From NCBI GenBank assembly GCA_951406725.2, contig OX597819.1:12276001-12340000 (forward strand): a DNA stretch of 64,000 nucleotides. Direction: 5' to 3'. Made by a program: the position numbers and the translations under genes. Below the pieces are notes generated by a model. That model was not told the DNA's origin, searched no databases, and was given only the letters and a program-made list of their open reading frames with translations. This document shows, piece by piece, positions 1 through 12,920 of this stretch. The first letter of the stretch is position 1. Each line of letters opens with the position of its first letter. The stretch is from Octopus vulgaris (lineage: Eukaryota).

Positions 1-431
1 GGCCGATGCCAGCGCTGCCTCGACTGGCTCCAGTGCCGGTGGCACATAAAAAGCACCTTCCGAACGTGGCCGATGCCAGCGCCGCCTTGGCTGGCTTCCG
101 TGCCGGTGGCACGTTAAAAGCACCAACCGATCGTGGCCAATGCCGGACCCCCCTGGCACCTGTGCAGGTGGCACATAAAAAGCACCCACTACACTCGCGG
201 AGTGGTTGGCATTAGGAAGGGCATCCAGCTGTAGAAACTCTGCCAGATCAGACTGGAGCCTGGTGCAGCCCCTGGCTTTCCAGACCCCGGTCGAACCGTC
301 CAACCTGTGCTAGCGCGGAAAACGGACGTTAAACGATGATGATGATGAATCTTTGTAACTGTGGCAAGTAGCAAATAATTTTTTAAATGGTTTTATTTGT
401 AAAAAAATAAAAGAAACATATGACAACATAC

Positions 432-533
432 TTATGAGCCAACATAACAGGAATACTGCCATATAAGGCCATAGGATTGTATAATTCATATTCGAACACA
501 TCCAAGTTGTAAAGCCGATAGGGATCAGTGCTC
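432..533 (-). CDS. GANAB: GANAB exon 8 ([33 protein letters not shown]); gene continues beyond window start
   Basis: tttccag acceptor, AA|GTATGT donor, 102 nt. [10 protein letters not shown]...LYGSxP GH31 motif. Confidence 0.96.
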
Positions 534-1115
534 CTGGAAAATACAAAATAAAACAAAGCCTGAGTGAATTAATTCTGACAATGAAATGTATTGCTATTTA
601 TAGCTGTTAATTTGGAATACAAACCTTGAAATAATTGTATGGCTTTTCGAAAACAGAAAATTTTGATGAAAAGATTCTATACCAACATTATGAAGGAACA
701 ATAATGGTTCAAATTCTTGTAGAATGCCAATAGTTCTTTTAGGGGAGTAGGTAAGTGAAATACATTGACCCTAATACTCAAATGGTACTTATTTTATCCA
801 CCCCAAAAGAATGAAAGGCAAAGTCAAAAATGACCAAATTTGAACTTCAAACGCAGAAAAGCTGCCAAGTAACATGTCTGACTTGCTATTTTTCCAGTGC
901 ACCCGTAAGAAAACCACTAGAAAATAAAAATGGATAAACTGGCCTAATAAAGTTCTTTGGATAAGCTATTGAAAATTTCATTCTTAAGAATAATTGCTTT
1001 ACAATATTTCTAAGATTTCATTCTAGATAGCAGTTTAAAAAATTAAAATTATTTCAACAACCACCAAGTTCAATTAAATAAAATACAACTTGCAAACAGT
1101 CTTCTTTCTCAAAAG

Positions 1116-1498
1116 AAGGAGTGGCTGTGTGGTAAGTAGCTTGCTTACCAACCACATGGTTCCGGGTTCAGTCCCAATGCGTGGCACTTTGGGCAAGTGT
1201 CTACTATAGCCTTGGGCTGACCAGAGTCTTGTGAGTGGATTTGGTAGATGGAAACTGAAAGAAGCCCGTCGTATATATGAATATATATGTATGTGTGTGT
1301 ATATATTTGTCCCCCTAACATTGCTTGACAACCGATGCTGGTGTGTTTACATCTCCATAACTTGGCGGTTCGGCAAAAAAGGAGACCGATAGAATAAGTA
1401 CTAGGCTTACAAAGATTAAGTTTTGGGTCGATTTGCTTGACTAAAGGTGGTGCTCCAGCATGGCCGCAGTCAAATGACTGAAACAAGAGTAAAAGAGT
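1116..1498 (+). mobile_element. tRNA-derived SINE family A with internal TA/TG microsatellite; copies at 16865-17217, 45495-47731(-, interrupted), 60005-60390(-)
   Basis: Head ggagtggctgtgtggtaag...ggttcagtccc and tail ccagcatggccgcagtcaaatgactgaaac. Confidence 0.88.
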
Positions 1499-1548
1499 AT
1501 CTCAATTTATCTAAAAGTTGTGATAAAAGTGATAAAAATCATACATAC

Positions 1549-1645
1549 TTTGTAGACTTTAGTGCAAAACTGTCAGCATGTTCTGGAATGCCATAAACAT
1601 TTTCAAAGCCAGGGAAAGAGATGTCGATACCAACTGACGTGGGAC
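1549..1645 (-). CDS. GANAB: GANAB exon 7 ([32 protein letters not shown])
   Basis: tacag acceptor, AA|GTATGT donor, 97 nt. Contains the VYGIPEHA signature. Confidence 0.96.
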
Positions 1646-4230
1646 CTGTACAATAAACAGTAGAACTAGTTTATAACAACAAACACTTCAACATTGAGCA
1701 AACTAAAATTTAACTTATTAGAAATAATACAAATCAATAATAAGTATTTTCACCAAAATGGCCATGTTTAAGGGAACAGAATTAAGATCAATTAGAATAT
1801 TCGTGAAGGAAGCAGTCAAAATTGAATTTCTTTTTTTTTTTAAGAAACAACTGTACACTCATCTCTATTATAAAATCAAATATGAATAATCCATCCAGAT
1901 CTCAGATGAGAGTCATTCAACCAATTCATCATCATCATCATCATCATCAATTAGCGTCCGCTTTCCATGCTAGCATGGGTTGGACGGTTCAACTGGGGTC
2001 TGGGAAGCCAGAAGGCTGCATCAGGCCCAGTCTGATCTGGCAGTGTTTCTACGGCTGGATGCCCTTCCTAACGCTAACCACTCTATGAGTGTAGTGGGTG
2101 CTTTTTACGTGCCACCCGCACAGGTGCCAGACGGAGCTGGCAAACAGCCACGGACGGATGGTGCTTTTTACGTGCCACCGGCACGGGGGCCAGTCCAGGC
2201 TGGCAACGGCCACGATCGGATGGTGCTTTTTATGTGCCACTATCTAACAATAAATACAATCTACAGATAATTAATAACAGAAGCATTATTAATACCAAAA
2301 AGGAATCTCTTATGCACCATGAGTCCATATGAGAGGACTCTCAAAGTAAATAACACAATATTTGGTAACACTATTCTATATTTTTGAGATGAGGAATTAT
2401 GTACATTATTTACAATGGATGGACAGGTGTCCTCACCTTGTTTGTTGTCACCACAACGTTTTGGCTGATGTATTCTCCAGGGGTTCTTTATTTAATAAAA
2501 TAAAGGGTTGGGTTTGAAATTCCATCAGAACACCTGATGAAAGCCAAAATGTGGTAACAACAAACAAGATGAAGACACCTATCCCTCCATTGTAAATAAT
2601 GTACAATATTTGGTGTTCTAACAAAACCTCCGTGCTAAGTTGGAAATAAAGATTGTCTTTTGCTGTGACTGAGAAGACCTGGCAAATAAAGTGAAATCAC
2701 AGCTCTAACCTACACCAGTGTCGCATAATCAGCCAACTCAAAAGTACCCTTGGATCATAGGGAGACTTGCTGTGCTTGAGGAGACCTATTGAGTCAAGTA
2801 CACCAACATCAAAATGAAATGAAATCACAATCAAATGGAAATTGTAGTTGTGGTCCCCGTACCGGTGACACGTAGAAAGCACCATCCGAAGGTGGTCGAT
2901 GCCAGCCCCCTTGCCCCAACTGACTTCTGTGCCGGTGGCATGTAAAAAGTACCATCCAAACGTGGCCAATGCCAGCACTGCCTTGACTGGCTCCCATGCC
3001 AGTGGCATGTAAAAAGCACCATCCAATCGTGGTTGATGTCAGCCCCTTCTGGCCCCTGTGCTGGTGGCATGTAAAAAGCACACACTACACTCTGAGTTGT
3101 TGGTGTTAGGAAGGGCATCCAGCTGTAGAAACATTGCCAGATTAGACTGGAGCCTGGTGCAGCCTCCTAGTTTTCCATACCCCAGTCAAACCGTCCAACC
3201 CATGCCAGCATGGAAAACAGACGTTAAACGATGATGATGACAGTTTTCAGATATATTGCAACACCACCTAATTAAGAACTGCATTGACATATGTAGGAGT
3301 AGAGGCACTTTAGTTAGGGATCACAATCATTAAGTTATAGGTCCCATTTTTCACTACACTACATACCTTCACTACAAAGAGAGGCTCGCATGCTTATTTT
3401 TGTTTTCATCTTCTTTGGATGTTGAAGCCATTGTGTGTTGTTTGTGCAAGGAAGGTGAGCAATGTGGTAGTTGAAGGGATGGGGTTGGAATATGGTTAAT
3501 TGAAAAGAGAAATGATGGAATGGGTGACATCAAGGATCAGTTCTCAAAAGACTACAAATAATATGAACAAGAAACGTAATAGGTTTGTGTGATGCTTTGT
3601 AATTTGTGATCCTGAGTTTTAAAATTCATTATTTTGCTTGAGTTTTGAAATGGTGGCAATTGGGAAACTATCGGTAAGTGATTCTAGACATGTCCTGAGG
3701 TCTTTGAAATACTTTGTTATAACCTATGCTAGTATGGAAAGCAGGGAGGGATGTTAAATGATGGTGATGGTAAGAGGGAGGTAAATATCTTGCATTTAGA
3801 ATCTTCATGCAGTTTTAGTGATTCTGGGAAGTGTTTGGTAAGAGAGTTTACCAAGTGTTGGTGTGTGACCATGTCACTGTCAATTTATTACGAGATGTAG
3901 TATGAAATGGTTACAGCCGATGATGTTATTCATACAAGGTTTTTTACTGCTAGTTTTGTAGATACCATCAGAGTTTATTATACATTTACACAATTGATTG
4001 TATTACTACAAATTTAGCTTTTTATATATTTTCTACATGTCTGGTTAATGTGGTGTATTTCGAATGTAGTGTACTTAGGTTTTGACTGTCTTGGGCTGTT
4101 TTTTGTTGTTGTCATAGTTTGTGCAGTTATAGAGTTGGAGCTGATAAATAGGGATACATTCAGATTTCTGATATGATTCAGACTGTGTTTAGGTAAGTTT
4201 ATAGTGTTTTGTGCTGTTAGTTTGTAAGTG

Positions 4231-4614
4231 TGGAGGCGCAATGGCCCAGTGGTTAGGGCAGCGGACTCGCGGTCATAGGATCGCGGTTTCGATTCCCAGA
4301 CCGGGCGTTGTGAGTGTTTATTGAGCGAAAACACCTAAAGCTCCACGACGCTCCGTCAGGGATGGTTGTGATCCCTGCTGTACTCTTTCACCACAACTTT
4401 CTCTCACTCTTACTTTCTGTTTCTGTTGTACCTGTATTTCAAAGGGCCGGCCTTGTCACTCTCTGTGTCACGCTGAATATCCCCGAGAACTACGTTAAGG
4501 GTACACGTGTCTGTGGAGTGCTCAGCCACTTACACGTTAATTTCACGAGCAGGCTGTTCCGTTGATTCGGATCAACCAGAACCCTCATCGTCATAACCGA
4601 CGGAGTGCTTCCAA
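4231..4614 (+). mobile_element. tRNA-derived SINE family B; copies at 21322-21680(-), 31390-31758, and 50548-50802 (related head)
   Basis: A box TGGCCCAGTGG and B box GTTTCGATTCC. TSDs AGTTTGTAAGTG (this copy), ACTGACAATGTCT and ACATAGCATAATAA. Confidence 0.9.
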
Positions 4615-4726
4615 AGTTTGTAAGTGGGAGATTTTTTTAATTAAGCAGAGAAACAAATGAGTGCAAGTTAAAGAATTTTGGCACTGTTCTCTATGCCAAC
4701 TGCAATAACAGCTACACTTGAATTAC

Positions 4727-4817
4727 CATTTGGTTTGGAATCAGTGAAAGACTTGAAGGTTTCTTCCCACATATCTGGTTCCTCAGGTTCAGATTTAGAT
4801 TCCTCTTGAGTATTTTC
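4727..4817 (-). CDS. GANAB: GANAB exon 6 (ENTQEESKSEPEEPDMWEETFKSFTDSKPNG)
   Basis: ttttag acceptor, G|GTAATT donor, 91 nt. Contains the WEETFKxxxDSKPxG signature. Confidence 0.95.
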
Positions 4818-5615
4818 CTAAAATCATAAAATAAATAAAAAACATTACATTAGCATTTTCCAGTTAAGTCATTCTATCAAGAGTAGTATTAAAAGAACAG
4901 GATCAAAAGATGCATGCATGCACCCAAACATATTCCCATATAAACTGGGCAGATTTTCTATGCAGTACCTTTCCAGGCACAAATCAATCTTGTGTCAGAC
5001 TGCAAGCAGTTTTTGGTTTCATTTTTTGTTATTATAACAGTTATGCCCAACCTTTAGGCAACTGCTGTGATGGAGTGAGCTAAGGTTGTTTATTACAATA
5101 AATACCAAAAAATGCATGTTTCATTAGTCAACACCATTACTGGAGTGGAATTTACTCCACAACATCACATTCAAAATACACAGCACCAAACCAGTGTACA
5201 CCACTGAAGGTGTCACTACCCGGATGAAGATGCATTGACAGCCAACTTTTTGAGCAGAGTTCAAAGCAGCCAAACATGGCATTTATAGCAACATTTCAAT
5301 TTCAAAAGAAAACAATATTCAGTTTTGGACTACACTGGATGTAAAGAACCAAAAACGTTTATAAATACCCAGATTTAAACATTTCCTATTCAGTTTGAAG
5401 CTAAATGCCATATACAACTAGCTAGATAATAGAGATATATTGAATAAATATTATGAAAATTAGAAAAAGTTTTAGTGTAAAAATGGCAGATTGAATGCAC
5501 TCAATCACAGATCAATAAATATAAATGCTCTTCTAATGGTGTAAGTGTCCATGCACTTGCAGATGTTACAAAGTTCCTTCATTCTAGGAGGCGGGAAAAA
5601 AATCCATTATCTTAC

Positions 5616-5673
5616 CTTTTTCTCTTCATTAGATTCACCCCCTTCTTGTGGAGGCTCAGCAGGATTAGCATCT
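5616..5673 (-). CDS. GANAB: GANAB exon 5, acidic linker (DANPAEPPQEGGESNEEKK)
   Basis: ctttcag acceptor, AAG|GTAAG donor, 58 nt. It converts phase 2 to phase 0 exactly as needed between exons 4 and 6. Confidence 0.85.
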
Positions 5674-7207
5674 CTGAAAGGGGTTGAAAACCAAGAATAT
5701 ACATAGGAACCAATCCTAGACAACACCCCCCTACAAAGGGAACAAATGGGCAGTCATTGTATTGCCTATTATGGCTGCTATAGTAGTTATTTTAACAATA
5801 GCACACATAAATTAGCAAATGATTGGTTTTAGATTTTAATTGTTAATCAGAAAACATTTGAGGAATTGGCAGAAAGGGCACTATTAATGTCTTTATCCTT
5901 TAATCACAGTTAATTAGTAGATTAATAGCCTTTATTTATAAATGAAATTGTGAAGTTCATATCTCATGTGGACACTGTAGATATTCAGAAACAGGCCATC
6001 TGACAATGATAAGAACTAAATACTAACACAAAAGATAAGGTCAATAGATATAATTTAATTATCATGTCACAGAGGAATTTAATTACCATAATATTTCAGA
6101 GGAATTATCATTTCTCAGACTTTCAAATAATACAATTAACCATATCACTAATTATTCAAATGTTCTAAATTTGTAGTAATCATTGGTGCAATCATTCCAT
6201 TCCATTCATTGTTTAATGTCCGCTTTCCATGCTAGCATGGGTTGGACAATTTTACTGAGGACTGGTGAACCAGATGGCTGCACCAGGTTCCAATCTTGAT
6301 CTGGCAAGAGTTTCTACAGATGGATGCCCTTCCTAACATCATCATCATCAGTTAACGTCCGCTTTCCATGCTGGCATGGGTTGGACGGTTCAACTGGGGT
6401 CTGGGAAGCCAGAAGGCTGCACCAGTTTTTAATAAATAGAATATCTTTGATACCAATCTGAGACTGCCCCTAGTTCTATGATACAAACACAACCCCTTGT
6501 TTTAAAATGATCTTAAAAACTTTTGATCAAAATTTCATGTTAGTTATTGTTCAAAGAAACACCAGCTTAATAATCGTTTCTACTATAGGTACAAAGCCTG
6601 AAATTTTTGTGGTGGCCAAAGGTGGTAGGATGGGTGCTATCTGATTACATCAGCCCCAGTGCTCAACTGGTTGTATTTAGTTTATCTACCAAGGAAGACA
6701 CAGTCAGCTTTGGCAGAATTTGAACCCAGAATGTAAAAAGCTGGAAGAAATGGAGCTAAGCATTTTGTTCAGCTAAAATTAATTAAAATAAAGGCAGTGT
6801 ATGCCTACAGAAATATGGTAACAAAAGGGTTAAATAATAAAATTTAACCACAAAGAATGAACAGCATTTCTTTCTCAAATACAAAGTTATGTAACAGTAT
6901 CAGGAAATATTGCAGTTTATAATCCTGCACCCAGAATATCTGTTCTTTATATAGAATCACCATAGAACCTACTGTAAAATATATTTATGTCATTTTACAA
7001 TTTAGTACATAATCACTTAAGACGAGGGATTGGAAAGACAAGAACCTTTTTTTTCACCCATCAACTAATTTACAACTCCAGTCCAATATTTACTGTTCAG
7101 TGTTTAATACGTAAATCTAGAGGGCAGACCGGTTAAAATCTAAAACAAATCATTTGATAATATTTTTTAAAATTTCAAATGTAACAATTTTTCAACATAT
7201 TGGTTAA

Positions 7208-8282
7208 CCCTTTCGTTACTATATTTCTGACCAAAATACACCCCTTATGTGTTTCAATTAATTTCTAACGTAATCATAAATTTAGTCTGGTTTCATTAAA
7301 CAACTATAACTTTTTTATTTATCAATATATTAACGGGAATTTTGGAAGATAATTTAATGAAATGTTCTCAACCAATTCTATACTATAATTTTTGTCACAA
7401 AGTGACTCTAATTGCAGGTAGATACAGGTAAATTCAACAAAATATAAAATTATTAAAATTTTGTTCAAACATCGCTATAGAAAATGGGTTATTAGCTAAT
7501 ATTCAATTGGGTATACAACAAAATTTTACGATAGAATTTGTTATTCTGGGTAACTTTCTGATACCCATAATAATATTTATGGCAAAATAGTCTTAATTTC
7601 ATTTAAGGTTGTGGGAAACCACTAACTATACTTTCTTTCGTTTTGTTTACATTTAGCCTAACGGTTCGTTTCCGCCGTAATGATTTCAAATAGGCTCATT
7701 CGAAAAAGTAAAAAGAAATAGTCTAAGGCTTTACTCTTCTGGGAAAGTCTGTGGCTTGGTCCAGTTTCTTCAGAAAAATCACCGAAAGAAACAGTTTTTA
7801 AATTTTCACTCCATTCAGGTGCCAATTCATTTTCTTTATCGCTGTCGGAGCTCTCGGATTCACTGTTTTCACTTTCAGAAAATGAAACATCAGATTCATT
7901 ATCAAATACCACATGCTTTTTTTTTTCAGTCATAGAGTTAGATTTATGAAGGTCTTCAGTAGAAAATCCTTCGAATTCTGACTCGCTGCTTGATATAATG
8001 AAATTCGTATCCATTTTTGTCAGAATTACAAATTTTGAAAACACAATAGGAACAAATTTCGGAAAAAAATCTCCCAAAATTCACGGAATTAAAATTACAC
8101 TTCGATTGTTGTACAAAACTGTAGTTGAACTCTTTACGAAGTATAATACATATTTTCACGAATGTATTAAAGAGATTTGCTCTGATATTCTCATTTAAAT
8201 ATGAATAGGTAAATTCGGGCGGCTTTGGGCGGTTTGGTCACATTAACCAAAATTTTTTTCGGGCGGTTTGGTAACGAAAGGG
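7208..8282 (-). mobile_element. Internally deleted piggyBac transposon
   Basis: TTAA on both sides and TIR CCCTTTCGTTAC/GTAACGAAAGGG. ORF 7658..8077 resembles the acidic N-terminus of piggyBac transposases (F.E.TGP...LDYFFLLF...I..ETNR). Confidence 0.88.
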
Positions 8283-11200
8283 TTAAGTTTTTCAATGAAT
8301 CTTTTAGCATTCGAAATAGTAGAAACAAGTTTCAAAATAGAAATAGTGAGTCAATTCTTTTATAGCATTAATTACAATGGCCAAGTTAGGAAGGTAATTA
8401 GCTTATAGCTGATAGTCTTAAGAATTTGTGTTCCAGCACTACTGGAGTATATCTTTGGACAAAAACAAACCTGTCTAGGTTCCAGAGAGAGAAAGAGAGA
8501 GAGAAAGGGGCAGTGAACTGGCATCGTTAGTTTACAATAGTGAAATAGCATTCATTATCATTGTTTAATGTCCGCTTTCCATGCTGGCATGGGTTGGACG
8601 GTTTGACTGAGGGCTGGCAAACCAGAAGGCTGCACCAGGCTCCAATCTGATCTGGCAAAGTTTCTACAGCTAGATGCCCTTCCTAATGCCAACCACTCTG
8701 AGAATGTAGTGGGTACTTTTTACGTGTCACTGGCATTGTATTAAATAATATCAACCCCCATGAAAACATTGAAAAACAAACAGATCCATCCCTGCACCAA
8801 TTTAGGGATTAAACTTAATTCAAGCGTTTGTAACAATTTTTGTTTTCAGTTAAAAACTTTCTTCAATATGTTGTTTGAGCAAACGAAATTCAGCAATCTG
8901 AGAGAGAGAGAGAGAGAGAAGTGACAGTGCAGAGAGAAATTGACCTCTATCTTTATCACTTGCTGTGTAACCATGTTACCGATTACACTACAGGAATGCT
9001 GACATCATCAAATTAGATACTATAATTTGCTTCTGCTCGTTACCATATTCCTGTTGAAATGCAGTGCCTTTGTTTCAATTTCAAAACTTATGAGGAATTT
9101 AGTAAAATAACTCATTATGGAATATAAATCAGCATGAAATTTTTTGACGGAATCTTTCCAATTGAATTTCTAAAACAAGAAGTTTGAATAATCCAACTAA
9201 AAGCAGTGTCAGGCAGGATGGTACCAAGAGGGTTAACATTACTTATTTATCTCCACATGATAAGCTATTCAACTAACATGCAGCATAGTGAAGTGTCCCA
9301 CTTTGGTTTGATATTTGTGACAAGAAAATAAACCTCACCAGGATTCAAATTATGAATAATTCATAGGGACACCTTGTTATGTTGGACTTTTGGTAAAACA
9401 GACCAACCTACAAGTACAAAGTCATTGATAAACTATCTAGAGTTAAAATAATATAGTTCAAAAAATAGCAGAAACAAATTATAGGATGTATTTTGAAGAG
9501 ACAGAATGATAGGCATACTACAATGAAATCAGTAACACTGTTGTATGAGCAGGTGATAGACAAGGGTTTAGGCCTCCTCATCAGTGAACTTGTTACACAA
9601 TAAAAACACTAATTTGAGACCAAGATCAAAAGGTTTATTGGATTGGTTAAGAAAACTAATTTAGTCCATATAATATGTAAGTGCACAATGGAGGCACAAT
9701 GGCCCAGTGGTTAGAACAGTAGACTCATGGTCGAACCATCCAACCCAAGCCAGCATGGAAAACGGACATTAAATGATAATTATTGGAAAGGGGGAAAACA
9801 ATGACAACAAATATTAAGACTAACACTGGTTTGGGGAGTTAATAGTCACTCAAGCTGTTACTAATGAGTGCCCTGCTCTCTCAATGATATTCACCGGACT
9901 GGAGTCTGGTGCAGCCTTCCCGAATGCCAGCCTGGTCAAACCATCCAACCCATGCAAGTATGGACAATGGACATTAAATGATGATGAACTAATAACACTG
10001 ACCTTACAGCACTTTCTAAAGTATTGAGGTTCATGACAAAACGTCAGTGGATATGAACACAACACTTCAGAATATCACACATCATTATCTTCTCAATTAT
10101 AGATTTCAACAAGATATATACACTCATAATTAAAGTAATGACTACAAAGCTCCATGTGATTGTTAGATAAGTGATACTTTTCCAGATCAAAACAGAAAGC
10201 AAATTAGCATACACATGCCACTAATAGAACGTACTTCTCCCAGTATAAAATGGAGATCCAAATAAATAGAACCAATAGGGAAAGTGACAACCATCCGAGA
10301 TGGTCAGCAGTTTGCGTCTCATTGTGCTGGGACAAACCAAAACTGTTGATGAGCATAGTACCACATGTGGGTGGAATGGTCCACCGCAGATAAAATAAAA
10401 GTTGTGCGATAATGTAAACTGCATTTCATCAACCCAGCAGAACCGAGTTCAGACCTTCATGTAAGCTTGAGCTATGATAGAAATACTAACACGGCTTAAT
10501 ATATAGAAGTAAACTAAAAGGATGAGAATTGCATCAGACAAGGGTTAGTCATGATAGCAATCTCCTTCAAATCACACAACCATTTCCAAAAAACAATGGC
10601 TTATGTAATACTCAAAGAAGAACAGTGTGAAAATAAGGTGGAATTATTATGGCTGGAAATACCTTTGATCATAATTTTGCTCATAAATAATATCCACATA
10701 ATCATTCAAGAAGTTACATTATTTCATCATTCTTAATCTCATCAGTTTCGTTTAATTCAATATAATGAATATTATTAGCTTTTAACAAGGCCTCACTGAG
10801 GCAATGACTAGTGACCAAGACTTTTGGAAATATGCTGTGCTTGAGAAGTCCCAGCAAGCCAAGTGAGACCATAACCTCGTGGCCTATGTCAAGGGTGTAA
10901 CCAGCCCACTTATGTGTACCTTTCTTTCATTGAACACTAAACTCTGCTTGCAAAGACCTGTTGAGGCAAGTGAAATCGAAATCAAATTCGATGTCTGGCA
11001 TCCGTGCTAGTGGAGCGCTAAGAGCACCATACGAGCGTGATCGTTGCCAGAGCAGCTAACTGGCTTCCATGTCGGTGGCATTTAAGCGTGATCATTACCA
11101 GCGTTGCCTTACTGGCACATGAAAAAAAACATTCGAGCAAGGTCGTTGCCCGTACCGCTGGACTGGCTCCTGTGCAGGTGGCACATAAAAAAACACCATT

Positions 11201-11804
11201 TGAGCGTGGCTGTTGCTAGTACTACCTGACTGGCCCTCGTGCTGGTGGCACATAAAAGCACCCACTACACTCTCGGAGTGGTTGACATTAGGAAGGGCAT
11301 CCAGCTGTAGAAACTCTGCCAGATCAAGATGGTGCAGCCATCTGGTCACCTGTCCTCAGTCAAATTGTCCAACCCATACCAGCATGGAAAGCAGACATTA
11401 AACAATGATGATGATGATGATGATGTTGAGGTTTCCACTGGGTAGATGCAGGCATGGCTGTATAGTTAAGAAGCTTGCTTCCAAAGTATGTGGTATTGCA
11501 TGGCATATTGGGAAAGTATCTACTATAGCACTGGCCCAACCAAAGCCTTGTGAGTGGATTTGGTAGATGGAAACTGGAAGGATCGTGTCGTGTGAATGTG
11601 TATATTTAAACTTGTCTTGACATGATGCAATGGAGCACCATCATACAAGCAAGGATGTTCATTGCCAGTCTTCTGTGAAAAACTGGCCTAGTTAGGGAGA
11701 AATGTTACCTTGCTTGGAAACAGGTGAGCATTGGCAACAGGAAAGGAATCCAGCTGTAGAAAATCTGTCTCATAAAATTCAGTATGACCAAAGCAAGCAC
11801 ATTA

Positions 11805-11839
<35 letters not shown>

Positions 11840-12752
11840 GGCATGCGTGTGTATTGTCCATGTTTCATGCAGGTGTGGGTTGGATGGAGTGACAGAGTAC
11901 AAGGACTGCAGATATCATCGTTGTTTAACGTCTGCTTTCCATGCTGGCCTGGTTTGGACAGCTTGACTGAGGAGTGGTGAGCCAGAAGGCTGCACCAAGC
12001 TCCAATCTGATCTGGCAAAGTTTCTACAGCTGGATGCCCTTCCTAAGTGTAGTGGGTGCTCTTACATGCCACCGGCACGAAGGCTAGTCAGGCAGTTCTG
12101 GCAATGACCACAATCAAAAGGTGTTTTTTTACGTGCTACCTGCATGGGAGCCAGTCCGGCGGCACTGGCAACGACCACGTTCAAATGTCGTTTTCCCCCG
12201 TGTCACTGGCACATATGCTGATAAGGCGACGCTGGCAATGATCACACTCAAATGGTGCTTTTTATGTGCCACCGGCATGAGAGTCAATCCGCGGCCCTGG
12301 CAATGATCATGCTTGAATGAGCTTTTAACGTTCCACTGACACAAGTGCCAATCAGGTGGTACTGTCATCGGCTGACTTTTAGGAGGAAAGCAAGGGGTTA
12401 AGAGCACCAAGTAATGTTAGGACTAAGTATCGAGACAAAGAGATAAGAAAATTACAGGATAGTCAGAGTAACTTTTAAACACACTTGCATAAACTGGTTT
12501 ATTTTCTTACATGTGCAATATTAGACATCAACAAGTGTTGGTACATATATAACCTAGTCACAAACTATTCCACCAGCTTTGCAGTGATAGTAGAATATAA
12601 TTAGCATCAAATAATAAAGTGAGTATGAAAACATGTGCATATTATAATCAACAATCATAACTTGTGATGCAAAACGCCATCTCAGATTAGCTCCAAAAAA
12701 AGAACAAAAAAAAATTCTTGAAAACAAAAATCAAATTAGCTTCTTTACTCAC

Positions 12753-12920
12753 TGTTTTTGTCGTAAATGTTCAAACTTAAATAAACCTTGACTGTTAATG
12801 CTTAAAACAGGATGGTCATTTGTGAGAAAGTCAATCCGGAATGGTTCGGCTGTGATGACTACATGATTTGTTTCAAACGATAGAATTAAACTATTTTTTT
12901 CTTTAGATACTAATTTCAAG
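12753..12920 (-). CDS. GANAB: GANAB exon 4 (LKLVSKEKNSLILSFETNHVVITAEPFRIDF...SINSQGLFKFEHLRQK)
   Basis: tttcag acceptor, CA|GTGAGT donor, 168 nt. PFRID and NxxGLxxFEH motifs of glucosidase II alpha. Confidence 0.95.

Noticed and set aside
310-546. ORF-track hydrophobic 78-aa protein
   Set aside because: It is the wrong reading frame over GANAB exon 8.
4231-4305. tRNA-like sequences at SINE heads (also 27080, 31390, 50548)
   Set aside because: They run directly into SINE bodies, mostly with TSDs, and lack a complete cloverleaf. They are not tRNA genes.
10003-10090. Candidate alternative GANAB exon or C/D snoRNA (AAG|GTCAGT donor, CTGA boxes)
   Set aside because: Nearby acceptors give 13 or 62 nt, which do not preserve frame. 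No good C box, terminal stem or guide.
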